Assembly: GCA_030390025.1 (NCBI GenBank)
Contig: CM059433.1
Span: 9,674,001 to 9,738,000, forward strand
Source of the DNA: Squalus acanthias
Taxonomy: Eukaryota
Reading direction: 5' to 3'
DNA: 64,000 nt
Shown in pieces: positions 34,655-46,701 of this stretch; positions within the stretch are counted from its first letter, which is position 1, and the number at the start of each line of letters is the position of its first letter. The notes under the pieces are model-generated. The model made no database searches. It saw nothing but the letters and a program-made list of their open reading frames with translations, and had not been told where the DNA came from. The position numbers and the translations under genes were made by a program.

Positions 34655-34931
34655 AAGGGCAGCAGGCGCATGGGAACACCACCACCTCCAAGTTCCCCCT
34701 CCAAGTCACACACCATCCTGACTTGGAAGTATATCGGCCGTTCCTTCATCGTCGCTGGGCCAAAATCCTGGAACTCCCTCCCTAACAGCACTGTGGGAGT
34801 ACCTTCACCACACGGACTGCCGCGGTTCAAGAAGGCGGCTCACCACCACCTTCTCAAGGGCAATTAGGGACGGGCAATAAATGCTGGCCTTGCCAGCGAC
34901 GCCCACATCCCATAAGCGAATAAAAAAAAAA
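34655..34931 (+). mobile_element. 3' end of a CR1/L2-group LINE (partner of the 21705 SINE family)
   Basis: RSFIVAGPKSWNSLP...FKKAAHHHLL, then AATAAA and a poly-A tail. Confidence 0.8.
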
Positions 34932-35114
34932 TATCAAATTATGCAGGGTTGCTCAAAATGATACATTTTCATATTTAAAAGTAAGTCAGAAATGATGCAA
35001 AGCCAGTTGCTTCAGAAATTAGAAACACATTTTTCCATTTCATGCTTTTCACCCCTCCTCCTATTCCTTCTCCTCTTGGAAACGCTAACCCTTGCACCAG
35101 TAGGGTTCCATACA

Positions 35115-35678
35115 CACACCTTGAGTATTGTGTGCAGTTTTGGTCACCTTATCTGAGGAAGGATGTTCTTGCCATGGAAAGAGTGCAGCGAAGATTCACC
35201 AGACTGATACCTGGGATGGCAGGAATGACGTATGAGGAGAGATTGGGTTGATTGGGCTTATATTCGTTAGAGTTTAGAAGAATGAGAGGGGATCTCATTG
35301 AAACTTATAAAATTCTAACAGGACTAGACAGACTAGATGCAGGAAGGATGTTCCCGATGGCGGGGGAGTCCAGAACCAGGGGTCACAGTCTAAGGATAAG
35401 GGGTAAGCCATTTAGGACTGAGATGAGGAGGAATTTCTTCATCCAGAGAGTGGTGAACCTGTGGAATTCTCTACCACAGAAGGCAGTAGAGGCCAATTCA
35501 TTAAATATATTCAAGAAGGAGATAGATATATTTCTTAAGGCTAAAGAGATCAAGGGATATGGGGAGAAGGCAGGGACAGGGTACTGAATTTGGATGATCA
35601 GCCATGATCTCATTGAATGGCGGAGCAGGCTCGAGGGGCCGAATGGCCTACTCCTGCTCCTATCTTCTATGCTTCTAA
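35115..35678 (+). mobile_element. CR1 LINE 3' fragment
   Basis: HLEYCVQFWSPYLRKD...; standard CR1 tail. Confidence 0.95.
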
Positions 35679-36167
35679 GATGGAGGGCGCCAAGTTGACC
35701 CTCGTATTCTTTCCTCACCTGACGTCCGGACGGCAGCAATTTTCCAGCAGAGGTCATTGGATAGCGATCAAGAGCAGGACCCCGGGCTTATTTTAACTGA
35801 ATTTAAAAGACCTAGCTCTGGGATATTGAGATCGAACCAGCTAGCTCAACACAGATTGGAGATCAAACCCTGAGTCTTCCTGTTGTGTATGCCACTGTAC
35901 TGGTACACTTACTGATCGAGACATCAGAGGCCCTGTGTTTCATGTATTCTCATGTTAACATTTTATATCATCAGAAAAAAAAACTAAGGTCATTGTTCAC
36001 GCCCATGTCGGTTGATTTAGATTACATATATTTGAAAGCTCGCTGCTGGGCTAAGGCTGCTCTGCATCAGATAGTGTTTCCGTAGAGTTGCGGCAGAACA
36101 ATATCCTCTTGTTACAAGGAACAGGGGGAATGGATTATGATTCAGGCTGTACCTGAATTACATTAGA

Positions 36168-36620
36168 TCATAAGAACATAAGAAATAGGAGCAGGAGTAG
36201 GCCATTCGGCCCTTCGAGCCTGCTCTGCCATTCAGTAAGATCATGGCTGATCTTCTGCCTCAACACCACCTTCCCGCACTATCCCCATATCCCTTAGTAT
36301 CCAAAAATCCAACGATCTCTGTTCTTTTGCTAATTATTTTAAATCTATTACCTCTGGTTACTGACCCACTTGCAAGATGAAATAATTTCTCCCTACTTGT
36401 CCTCCAAGACGCTTCAAAGGAGCGATTATCAAACAAATTTTGACACTGAGCCACATAAAGAGACATTAGGACAGGTGATCAAAAGCTTGGTCAAAGAAGT
36501 AAGTTTTAAGGAGCGTCTTGAAGGAGAAGAGAGAGCTGGAGAGGATTAGGGAGGGAGTTCCAGAGTTTAGGGCCTAGGCAGCTGGAGGCATGGCCACCAA
36601 TGGTGGGCAGAGGAGCAGGG
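36168..36620 (-). mobile_element. CR1 3' tail (36168-36395) joined to an L2 3' fragment (36405-36620)
   Basis: CATAAGAACATAAGAAATAGGAGCAGG; TTGACACTGAGCC...AAGCTTGGTCAAAG. Confidence 0.8.
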
Positions 36621-37644
36621 TGCATTAAAGAAGAGTTCCGAAGAACTGCAGGCAAATTTTCTTTTAGGCTTCAAGACTGGACATCAGGTATGGTTTTGGG
36701 ACCCGAGGACGAGGTGAGATAACTACTACTGGGCACTCTCCAAAAGGGTATTTCGCGGGCTTTTTGCCACTGCCTCAGGGTCTGCCGGCACCCCTCTCCT
36801 GATGGTCCCTAGGATCGTTGGTAATAAGGGCAGAAGACAAGGATATCAGCAAGGTCTCTGGGCTCTGCTTCCCGTCATCATTTACACACAGAGGGGCTGT
36901 GAAGGCAGCAATCAGTGCCCCCCCCTCCTCCCCCTCCCCCTGCTGAGGCATGGGGAGGGAAAAGGAGTTGGCACTGGTAGGGCTTCCCATCTGATTTTGT
37001 TCCACTATAACAAATGATTTCGGGTGGTATCGCAGAGAAAAGTCTAGTCCATGATCTCCTTAAAGTGGTAGTTGTTTATTCTGAGACTGTGTTGCTGCAG
37101 GCAAAATATTAAATTGGTTCATTATTGTTCTGCAGAACCTCTGGATTGGAAGTCTCAACTCAGTCTTAAATACAAAAGCCTGGTTATGCTTTTTATATTA
37201 ATAATTGGGTGAAGTTGGAGACAATAAAATTAGGACAGATGCCTCATGATTCTCACTGTGGTGATACGCTATAATACCTAAAGGTGCTAAGAAGACAGAT
37301 GGTCAAAGCATTTAGGAAAGAGTTGTTTCTTAATTTGCGTTCTAAAGAAAAGTGTTACTTCTCACTCGTTCAGTTTGAAGTATTTTCTGATGCATTATCA
37401 ATTGAATTGAAGTTTTCAACAACAAAAAAATTGGATCCCAGCTTGCTTTTATATCCTTGCACTTAGAAATGTGTAATGTAGGATCCCGCTCACACCGGGA
37501 TGGGATGTGTTTGCTACCATACCCCCAAGCAAATCAAATTCTTCAGAAGACTGCAGCCTAATGCTTGAGGAGCTGTGGCAGAACCATACCTGTAATTCAC
37601 AAATTCAAGAGTGACCGCCTACTGATCATCTTTCTGGTTATAGA

Positions 37645-38216
37645 GAGGTACCACCAACGCTGCCTCCGCATGATCCTGCAAATCCATTGGCAGGATAGGT
37701 GCACCAATGTCAGTGTTCTCGCTCAGGCCAATATCCCCAGCATCGAAGCTTTGACCACGCTCGATCAGCGCCAATGGACGGGCCACATCGTCCGCATGCC
37801 CGATACGAGACTCCCAAAACAAGCGCTCTACTCGGAGCTCCGACACGGCAAGAGAGCCCCAGGTGGGCAGAGGAAATGCTTCAAGGACACCCTCAAAGCC
37901 TCCTTGAAAAAGTGCAACATCCCCATCGACACCTGGGAATCCCTGGCCCAAGACCGCACAAAGTGGAGGAGAAGCATCCGGGAAGGCGCCGAAAACCTCG
38001 AGTCTCTTTGCCGGGAGCAAGCGGAAGCCAAGCGCCAACAGCGGAAGGAGCGCACGTCAACCCAAGCACCCCACCCTCCCGCCCCTTCAACCACCGTCTG
38101 CCCCACCTGTGACAGAGACTGTAGGTCCCGCATTGGACTCATCAGTCACCTGAGAACTCATTTTTAGTGTGGAAGCAAGTCATCCTCGGTTCCAAGGGAC
38201 TGCCTAAGAAGAAGAA
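37645..38216 (+). mobile_element. RTE-clade LINE 3' fragment with 9-bp TSD GGTTATAGA
   Basis: HQRCLRMILQIHWQD..W.GHIVRM...RLPKQ..GKR..GGQRK; C2H2 CPTC..GLISHLRTH; (GAA)n tail. Confidence 0.95.
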
Positions 38217-39380
38217 GGTTATAGAATCATGGAACGAAGAGCAGAGGATTGTCTTACATACTATTATCAAGCCCAATTGTAATCAACAATGCTCACGCTC
38301 AGGATTGCATCACAGAGGCTAGATCACCTGTAACACAACGGAGGGGATCATGTACGAAGCACGGAACAGAGAACCTTAAGACCGTCCACCAGAACTGTGT
38401 TCTTTCACACCAATCCCAATGTAGGTGGTGGACAATCTCTACTCCCTTTTCACATCTCCAGCACAGTGAATTAGCAAGTATACCTACATGATTCAACCCA
38501 CTTGGAGATGCATGCATTCAGTTTGAAATGTTATATTGTACCATAAGCAGTCAGGCATTTTCAGTCATTCAACCAAGCGGTTTGAAAATATGCTCCCATC
38601 TCAGTGAAGAATAACCCAGATAGAGGTTTTCCACAAATTTGTAGCACTTGGATGAATCTGTCATAGAATCTGTCAGATCATAAGAATCTCTACAGATAAT
38701 TTTCTGACTTTGCGTTCTCAGTGGACAAGGAAAATTATACTTTATATATTGTATAATAATTCATTATACAATAATACATAGCTTGCCAGTATTGTAACAA
38801 GTTTAAAAGTGTCTTCTGTGACTGTTTCTGAGAGAGGTGTCTGCTTCTCTGTACCACAAATGTGTGAAATATACATCCAGTTGTCGAGCTTCCCTGGCCT
38901 ATAACTACTCAAAGAGTGTAACTTTTCAAAGGACAATGTTTCTTCTCTGATAACTGTAATTACATTGAGAAATATATATATGTCTTTGAACTGACCACAT
39001 TGGATGAAAGTTTTATTTTCCTATTGTCGACAGAATTATTCTGCAGTCATACTATCTCATAGGCTTATCTGTGTATGCCTCAGAGACGCCTAAATTTGAG
39101 ATGACCTGAATGAGATGTGGTCAGTATTGAAGCCAGTTGGTGCCATGTTATAGGTGTGTTTGAATCTATTTTTGATTAATAGTTTTGATTAAATTTTAGT
39201 TTTTCCTTTTGTACCTTTAAAAGGACGATAAGAATGTAATCAAGCTGACAGTCTAGATTTGTCCTATCTCACTGTACCACTATAAGTTCCCATGATGCGG
39301 AGATGCCGGTGTTGGACTGGGGTGGACAAAAGTGAGAAGTCGCACAACACCAGGTTATAGTCCAACAGTTTTATTTGAAA

Positions 39381-39418
39381 TCACAAGCTTTCGGAGCGGC
39401 TGCTCCTTCGTCAGGTGA
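39381..39418 (-). ncRNA. Minimal hammerhead ribozyme (PLE family A)
   Basis: Reverse: TCAC-CTGACGA-A-GGAGC agcc GCTCC-GAAA-GCTT-GTGA. Confidence 0.8.
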
Positions 39419-40258
39419 AGTAAAGGAATACAAATCGACAAAGCATATATAGATAGAGAACAATGCCTGTGAAGCGTACAATGGCAGACGACTACATTTA
39501 ATCCTCCTGACTGCCTTTTGTCACACCTCGGCAGATAAACAATCAGGTCAGCCAGGAAGGCACCACATCAAAGACATAGCAAGATACAACTGAGACAATG
39601 AGGTGGGGTTACAGGGGGTCTAATGTGTCAAAAGCTGCAGTCGGTATGGAGAACGATAAACTTTAAATTTTTTTACTTATTTTTACTGGAAATCACATCT
39701 GAACAAGCCAACGACGACTCGAGTCTGGATGACTCTACGTCATGTATCGTGACATGAACCCAAGATCCCGGTTGAGGCCGTCCTCATGAGTGCGGAACTT
39801 GGCTATCAGTTTCCGCTCGATGATTTTGCGTTGTCGTGTGTCTCTAAGGCCGCCTTGGAGAACGCTTACCCGCAGATCCGAGGCTGAATGTCCTTGACTG
39901 CTGAAGTGTTCCCCGACTGGGAGGTAACAATCCTGCCTGGCGATTGTTGCGCGGTGTCCGTTCATACGTTGTCTCAGTGTCTGCATGGTCTCGCCGATGT
40001 ACCATGCCGCGGTGCATTCTTTCCTGCAACGTATGAGGTAGACAACGTTGGCCGAGTCACATGAGTATGTACCATGTACCTGGTGGGTAGTGTCCTCACG
40101 TGTGATGATGGTATCTGTGTTGATGATCTGGCATGTCTTGCAGAGGTTGCCGTGGCAGGGTTGTCTGGTGTCGTGGTCGCTGTAGTCGTCTGCCATTGTA
40201 CGTTACACATGCATTGTTCTCTATCTATATATGCTTTGCCGATTTGTATTCCTTCACT

Positions 40259-40296
40259 TCACCTGACGAAGGAGCAGCCGCTCCGAAAGCTTGTGA
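40259..40296 (+). ncRNA. Minimal hammerhead ribozyme (PLE family A)
   Basis: TCAC-CTGACGA-A-GGAGC agcc GCTCC-GAAA-GCTT-GTGA. Confidence 0.8.
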
Positions 40297-40452
40297 TTTC
40301 AAATAAAACTGTTGGACTATAACCTGGTGTTGTGCGACTTCTCGCTATAAGTTCAGGGAGCTTGTTGGGCTCGCTGAGGGCTCAGTCCCAATTAAAGCTT
40401 ACCATCATGGACATAGTGTGCAAAGTTACTGAAGAGAATGGTTAAGAGCTTT

Positions 40453-41030
40453 TGGGGAAAAATCGGGTGCTACTTTTAGCGCCCCAAGAAAGTTAGCGCC
40501 CCCCGCGCCCGAAATTCAATGGTAGCGCCCCACGCAGGAGGTGGGACGCTACTGGAAGTGCTCCCCCTCCCTCTTGGGGCGCTCCCATTGAATATCGCGG
40601 GGCTATGTGCAGCGGCATCACGCGCGTCAGCACGTAGCGCCACGGTACTGCAGGCCTCCCTCCCCTGATTAAAGGGGAGGGGCCTAGCGCAGCGCGCACC
40701 AGGGCCCTGCTGGACCACCGGGGAGCGGGGTGCCGGCAAAAAAGCCCGGCATTCGAGGAGCGCTGGGCTGACCGATCGCAGCCGGCACCCCGCAGGAGGA
40801 GGCGAGAGGGGGCAGGTGCTGGCGAGCGGCCCACGGCAGACGGCAAGCGGGGCACTGCGCACGGCGATGACGTCATCGCCGGAGGCGCAGCGCCGCAGGG
40901 CGCTACCGGCTACCGCCGCCGCTAACTTCTCGCTGAATTTCGCGGGAGGCGTTAGCGGTGCCGCGCCTGGGCGCTAGGGGCTTTGTGCCCCGTTAGCCCC
41001 CGATGCTCAAAGCAACCGAATTTTTCCCCC
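40453..41030. mobile_element. GC-rich MITE (Harbinger-like)
   Basis: TIR GGGGAAAAATCGG/CCGAATTTTTCCCC; homologous to 14989. Confidence 0.82.
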
Positions 41031-41899
41031 TTATCTTTTTGAATCTGATACTGTACATTAAGTATTGTAATCTAAATAAATCTATTATTTTTGAACTTGC
41101 TTATGTTTAATATTATTGCTTAATAAACTTGATTCATAGTTTTCAACCTGAATCTTCTGTTAGCATAGCTTGCATTAGTCACATAGCTCTGGAAATCAGA
41201 GTAGTATCTTTATCCACTGTATACTCCAGTAGGAAAAGAGTTAATCGTTCACCTGATGTCATGCTATTTCAGTTAGTTTGAGTATTTGGTCATGTTTTGA
41301 TTCATAGTGAGCGAGAGCATGAGCAAAAAGTCTGAGTGAAAATTTGAGATTCCAAGAAATCTGTCGATTATTCCATATTTGATCCAATATGATTTTTGAA
41401 AGAGATCTGATAAATTGAAGGAATTAGGTGAGATTAATATTAAGCATTTGCTAAGGCTTATCAAATACACTCAGCAAGGACCAGAAAAAATGATATGCAC
41501 TTCTTGGTACCATGGGTGTGTTACAAGTTAATTCCTTTGCTTTACATTATTCCATTCATCAGCTCTATTAAAATTGCAATATTTGGGGTTGCTTCGTGAA
41601 TATACGTTTATTAGGAAAGACAATCAAGAAAAATATTGAATTGGACATCACAATATAAGAACTTTTAGGAACTGAAAGGGCACTTGGCCCAAACAACCTT
41701 CTTCATAGATCAGCACGAGTGACCACACCCCTCCCCTCGTATCTCTCAATCTTCTCTGGAGAAATGCATTGAATTGTATCCTGAACCCATTTTTGCTGTC
41801 TGCTTTTAATTATCTTCTCTGGTGATTTATTCCACATTTCTGCTACCCTTTGAGTGAAAAAGTTTGGTTTGATTTTCCTTCTGATTCAAGGTCAGCTTC

Positions 41900-42812
41900 A
41901 CATGTGCACTGTTGACACCCAGCTCTACCTCTTCGCCACCTCTCTTGACCCCCTCCAATGCCTCTATCGTCAGACTCTTGTCTTGACACCAGTCATGAAT
42001 GAAATACATGAACAGCAGTAGGTCATTTGGCCCCTCGAGCCTGTTCTGCCATTCAATTAGATCATTGCTGATCTGTACCTCAAATTTCCTCTGATTAAAT
42101 ACTGGTAAGACCAAAGCCATTGTCTTCAGCCCCCCGCCACAAACTCCATACCCTTTCCGCTGATTCCATCCTTCACCCCAGCCATTGGCTCCGGCTGAAC
42201 CAGACTGTTCGTAACCTCAGCGTTCTATTCGACCCCAGACTGAGCTTCTGATCCCATATGCTCTCCATCACAAAGACTTCCACCTCCGCAACATCACCCA
42301 CCTCCACATCTGCTGCTGAAGCCCTCATCCGTGCTTTTGTCAGCTCCAGACTTGACTATTCCAATGCTCTCCTTGGAGGACTCCCATCCTCCACCCTCTG
42401 TAAACTCCAGCTCGTGCAAAACTCTGCTGCCGGTATCCTACCGCGCACCAAGTCCTGTTCACCCATCACTCTTGCCCTTGCTCACCTACAATGGCTCGAG
42501 GTCCCCCAACAGCTCAAGTTTAAAATTCTCATCTGTGTCTTTAAAACTCTTCATAGCTTCACCCCTCCCTGTCTCTGTAGCCTTTTTCAGCTCTTCAACC
42601 ACCCCCCAAACTTTCCGTTCATCCAACTTTGGCCTCTTGTGCATCCCTCCCCTCACTTTACCCCACCATTGCCGGCTGTGCCTTCAGCACCTAAGCCCCA
42701 TGCTCCCTAAACCCCTCTGCCTCTCCACTTCCCTCTCCTCCTATAAGATTGTATTTTTCTGTATTGTTTTTCTGTATTAAAGGCACTATATAAATGCAAG
42801 TTGTTGTTGTTA
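41900..42812 (+). mobile_element. L2 LINE 3' fragment, with a minus-strand CR1 tail at ~42005-42085
   Basis: LIRAFVSSRLDYSNALLGGLP..KLQLVQNSAA..LQWL; tail AAATGCAAGTTGTTGTTG. Confidence 0.9.
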
Positions 42813-42904
42813 CTCCTATCTACCTCATTTTTAACTTGAGTTACTTGATATTTGAATGCTTCAACACAATGAACAATTTGCCTATATTCAAGTTTGTCAG
42901 TTTG

Positions 42905-43530
42905 CCAAGGGGGTTGGAGTATAAGAGTAAGGAAGTCTTATTACAATTGTTCAGGGCTTTGGCGAGGCCACACCTGGAGTACTGTGCACAGTTTTGGTCT
43001 CCTTATCTGAGAAAGGACATACTGTCCAACGAAGGTCCACTAGATTGATCCCTGGGATGGGAGAGTTGTCCTATGAGGAGAGATTGTGTAGAATGGGCCT
43101 ATACTCTCTGGAGTTCAGAAGAATGAGAGGTGATCTCATTGAAACATATAAGATTCTAAGAGGGATTGACAGGGTAGATGCTGAGAGGTTGTTTCCCCCT
43201 GGCTGGAGAGTCTAGAACTAGGGGGCATAGTCTCAGGATAAGGGGTCGGTCATTTAAGACTGAGATGAGGAGAAACTTCTTCACTCAGAGGGTTGTGAAT
43301 CTTTGGAATTCTCTACCCCAGAGGGCTGTGCATGCTGAGTCGTTGAGTATATTCAAGGCTGAGATCGATAGATTTTTGGACTCTAGGGGAATCAAGGGAT
43401 ATGGAGATCGGGCGGAAAAGTGGAGTTGAGGTCGAAGATCAGCCATGATCTTACTGAATGGTGGAGTCAGCTCGAAGGACTGTATGGTCTACACCTGCTC
43501 CTAATTCTTATGTTTTTATGTCCTTATGTT
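42905..43530 (+). mobile_element. CR1 LINE 3' fragment
   Basis: RGLEYKSKEVLLQL..RPHLEYC..RTRGHSL. Confidence 0.93.
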
Positions 43531-43959
43531 CCCTTCGTAATCTTGAAAACTTCAATTGGAATTTCTTTCCTCTTTTCCAAACAAAACCAGCCAACATCCC
43601 TTAGCCTTTCCTTGCAACTTAAATTCCCAAGAGTAGGGATCACCTTTGTTGCTCACCTCTATCCATACCCTCTTAAAAGCAATATCTTTCGTATTCGTAG
43701 AACATACACCAAATAAAGTTTTATCACTGTCATACATAATAACAATACAGACTCATTAGGTGTGTACTTTATACTTTTGCTAATGCACCATTTACCCATT
43801 TAGTATGGCTAAGCACTGATGGTTTGATCGATTTATCCTTTACCATCTCTAGAGCACGCTACAATATCTTATTTAACACACAACCCTGTTTCAGTTCATT
43901 GCTTACATGCTAACTATTTTATACTTATCCACATTGAATTGGATCTGCATGCATCGGAG

Positions 43960-44345
43960 ATTTTTACAGCACGGAAGGAGGCCGTTCAGCCCATCGTGCC
44001 TGTGCCGGCTCTTTGAAAGAGCTGTCCAATTAGTCCCACATCCCAGCCTTTTTCCCCATAACCCTGCAAATTAGTCCTCTTCAAGTACATGGCCAATTGC
44101 CTTTTGAAAGTTCCTATGGAATCTGCTTCCACCACTCTTTCAGGTAGTGTGTTCCAGATCTTAACAACCCTCTATGTGAAAACATTTCTCCTCATTTCCC
44201 CTCTAGTTCTTTTGGCAATTATTTTAAATCTGTGACCTTTGGTTACCGACCCACTTGCCAGAGGAAACAGTTTCTCCCTACTTGCTGCATCAAAACCCCT
44301 CATAATACCTCTATTAGGTCTCCCCTTAACCTTCTTTGCTCTAAG
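43960..44345 (-). mobile_element. CR1 LINE 3' fragment
   Basis: Reverse tail ACAGCACGGAAGGAGGCCGTTCAGCCCATCG; similar to 7560-7997. Confidence 0.85.
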
Positions 44346-44623
44346 GACACAGATAAACTCCCAGAGATGTCGGGGAACATAGGGTCTAATGAGAGGGAGG
44401 AACTGAATGAAATCAGTATTTGTAGGGAAATGGTGTTAGGGAAATTTATGGGATTGAAGGCCGATAAATCCCCAGGGCCTGATAATCTTTATCCTAGGGT
44501 ACTTAAGGAAGTGGCCCGAGAAATAGTAGATGCATTGCTGGTCATCTTCCAAAATTCTATGGACTCTGGAACAGTCCCCATGGATTGGAGGGTAGCTAAT
44601 GTAACCCCACTATTAAAAAAGGT

Positions 44624-45263
44624 CATGATGCGGACATGGTACATCGGCGAGACCATGCAGACACTGAGACAACGTATGAACGGACACCGCGCAACAATCG
44701 CCAGGCAGGATGGTTGCCTCCCAGTCGGGGAACACTTTAGCAGTCAAGGGCATTCAGCCTCGGATCTGCGGGTTAGCGTTCTCCAAGGCGGCCTTCGAGA
44801 CACACGACAACGCAAAATCATCGAGCAGAAACTGATAGCCAAGTTCCGCACTCATGAGGACGGCCTCAATAGGGATCTCGGGTTCATGTCACACTACAGA
44901 ACGTGACTTGACATCGTTGTTGTCTGTCTTTCCAGTTTTTAAAAAACAAACACAAAAAAACAAACACAAAAAACAAACCCCAAAAAAGACGGAGAGAGAG
45001 GAAGGGATATGGAGAGAGATCTGCTGCAGACAGCAGGATTTGAGACGTTGGACCCCCTGGGACACATCTCATTGTCTTGGCTGTGCTCTTGGTGTGTCTT
45101 TGATGTAAGGAAAGATTGTATCTCTGCATTTTCTGTGTTTATATTCTGTGAACTTTTGTAGATTCACTCATTGTAACTTTACCTGAAGAAGGGGCGATAA
45201 CTCCGAAAGCTTGTAATTTTAAATAAATCTGTTGGACTATAACCTGGTGTTGTGCGACTTCTC
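44624..45263 (+). mobile_element. Penelope-like family A insertion with 12-bp TSD ATTAAAAAAGGT
   Basis: WYIGETMQTLRQRMNGHR; begins with an 11-nt inverted tail CATGATGCGGA and ends GACTTCTC. Confidence 0.95.
45179..45216 (+). ncRNA. Minimal hammerhead ribozyme (PLE family A)
   Basis: TTAC-CTGAAGA-A-GGGG cgataa CTCC-GAAA-GCTT-GTAA. Confidence 0.72.
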
Positions 45264-46701
45264 ATTAAAAAAGGTGGTAGAGAGAAAACAGGGAATTATA
45301 GACCGGTAAGCCTGACATCGGTAGTGGGGAAGATGCTAGAGTCCATTATAAAAGATGTAATAGCAGAGCACTTGAAAAACAGTGACAGGATCGGACAAAG
45401 TCAACATGGATTTACAAAAGGTAAATCATGCTTGACTAACCTACTGGAATTTTTTGAGGATGTAACTGGTAGAATAGATAAGGGAGAACCAGTGGATGTG
45501 CTGTATTTGGACTTTAAGAAGGCTTTCGATAAGGTCCCGCATAAGAGATTAGCGTGCAAAGTTAAAGCACATGGGATTGGGGGTAAGGTACTGACTTGGA
45601 TAGAGAACTGGTTGGCAGACAGGAAGCAAAGAGTTGGAAGAAACGGGTCTTTTTCCGAGTGGCAGGCAGTGACTAGTGGGGTACCACAGGGATCGGTGCT
45701 AGGACCCCAGTTATTCACAATATATATTAATGATCTAGACGAGGGAACTAGATGTAATATCTCCAAGTTTGCAGATGACACAAAGCTGGGTGGTCGTGTG
45801 TGCTGTGAGGAGGATGCAGAGAAACTCCAGTATGATTTGGACAGGTTGGGTGATTGGGCAGATGCATGGCAGATGCAATATAATGTGGATAAATGCGAGG
45901 TTATCCACTTTGGTGGCAAAAACAGGAAGGCAGATTATTGTCTGAACAGCAATAGATTGGGAAAAGGGGAAGCGCAACGAGACCTGGGTGTCCTTGTGCA
46001 TCAGTCGCTGAAGGTAAGCATGCAGGTGCAGCAGGCGGTTAAGAAGGCAAATGGTATGTTGGCCTTCATAGCGAGAGGATTCGAGTACAGGAGCAAGGAT
46101 GCCTTGCTGCAGTTCTACAGGGCCTTGGTGAGACCACACCTTGAGTATTATGTGCAGTTTTGGTCACCTTATCTGAGGAAGGATGTTCTTGCCATGGAGA
46201 GAGTGCAGCGAAGATTCACCAGACTGATACCTGGGATGGCAGGAATGACGTATGAAGAGAGATTGGGTCGATTGGGCTTGTATTCGCTAGAGTTTAGAAG
46301 AATGAGAGGGGATCTCATTGAAACTTATAAAATTTGAACAGGACTAGACAGACTAGATGCAGGAAGGATGTTCCCGATGGCGGGGGAGTCCAGAACCAGG
46401 GGTCACAGTCTAAGGATAAGGGGTAAGCCATTTAGGACTGAGATGAGGAGGAATTTCTTCACCCAGAGAGTGGTGAACCTATGGAATTCTCTACCACAGA
46501 AGGCAGTTGAGGCCAATTCATTAAATATATTCAAGAAGGAGTTAAATATATTTCTTAAGGCTAAAGGGACCAAGGGATATGGGGAGAAAGCAGTGACAGG
46601 GTACTGAATTTGGATGATCAGCCATGATCTCATTGAATGGTGGAGCAGGCTCGAGGGGCCGAATGGCCGACTCCTGCTCCTATCTTCTATGTTTCTATGT
46701 A

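Larger units (their letters stand above)
39290..40344 (-). mobile_element. Penelope-like family A element with inverted pLTRs and 10-bp TSD CTATAAGTTC
   Basis: GIY-YIG ORF 39735-40196 (CKTC, NVVYLIRC..C..WYIGET, R...H); ~160-bp inverted repeats at 39334-39496 and 40181-40343. Confidence 0.95.
44347..46700 (+). mobile_element. CR1 LINE with complete RT domain, split by a PLE
   Basis: KSPGPD, WRVANVTP, NYRPVSLTS, QHGF, DFKKAFD, GVPQGS, FADDTK; frameshift near 46335. Confidence 0.96.

Noticed and set aside
44232..44906. Novel CR1-GIY-YIG fusion protein
   Set aside because: Chance in-frame junction at a TSD-flanked PLE insertion; both parts are truncated.
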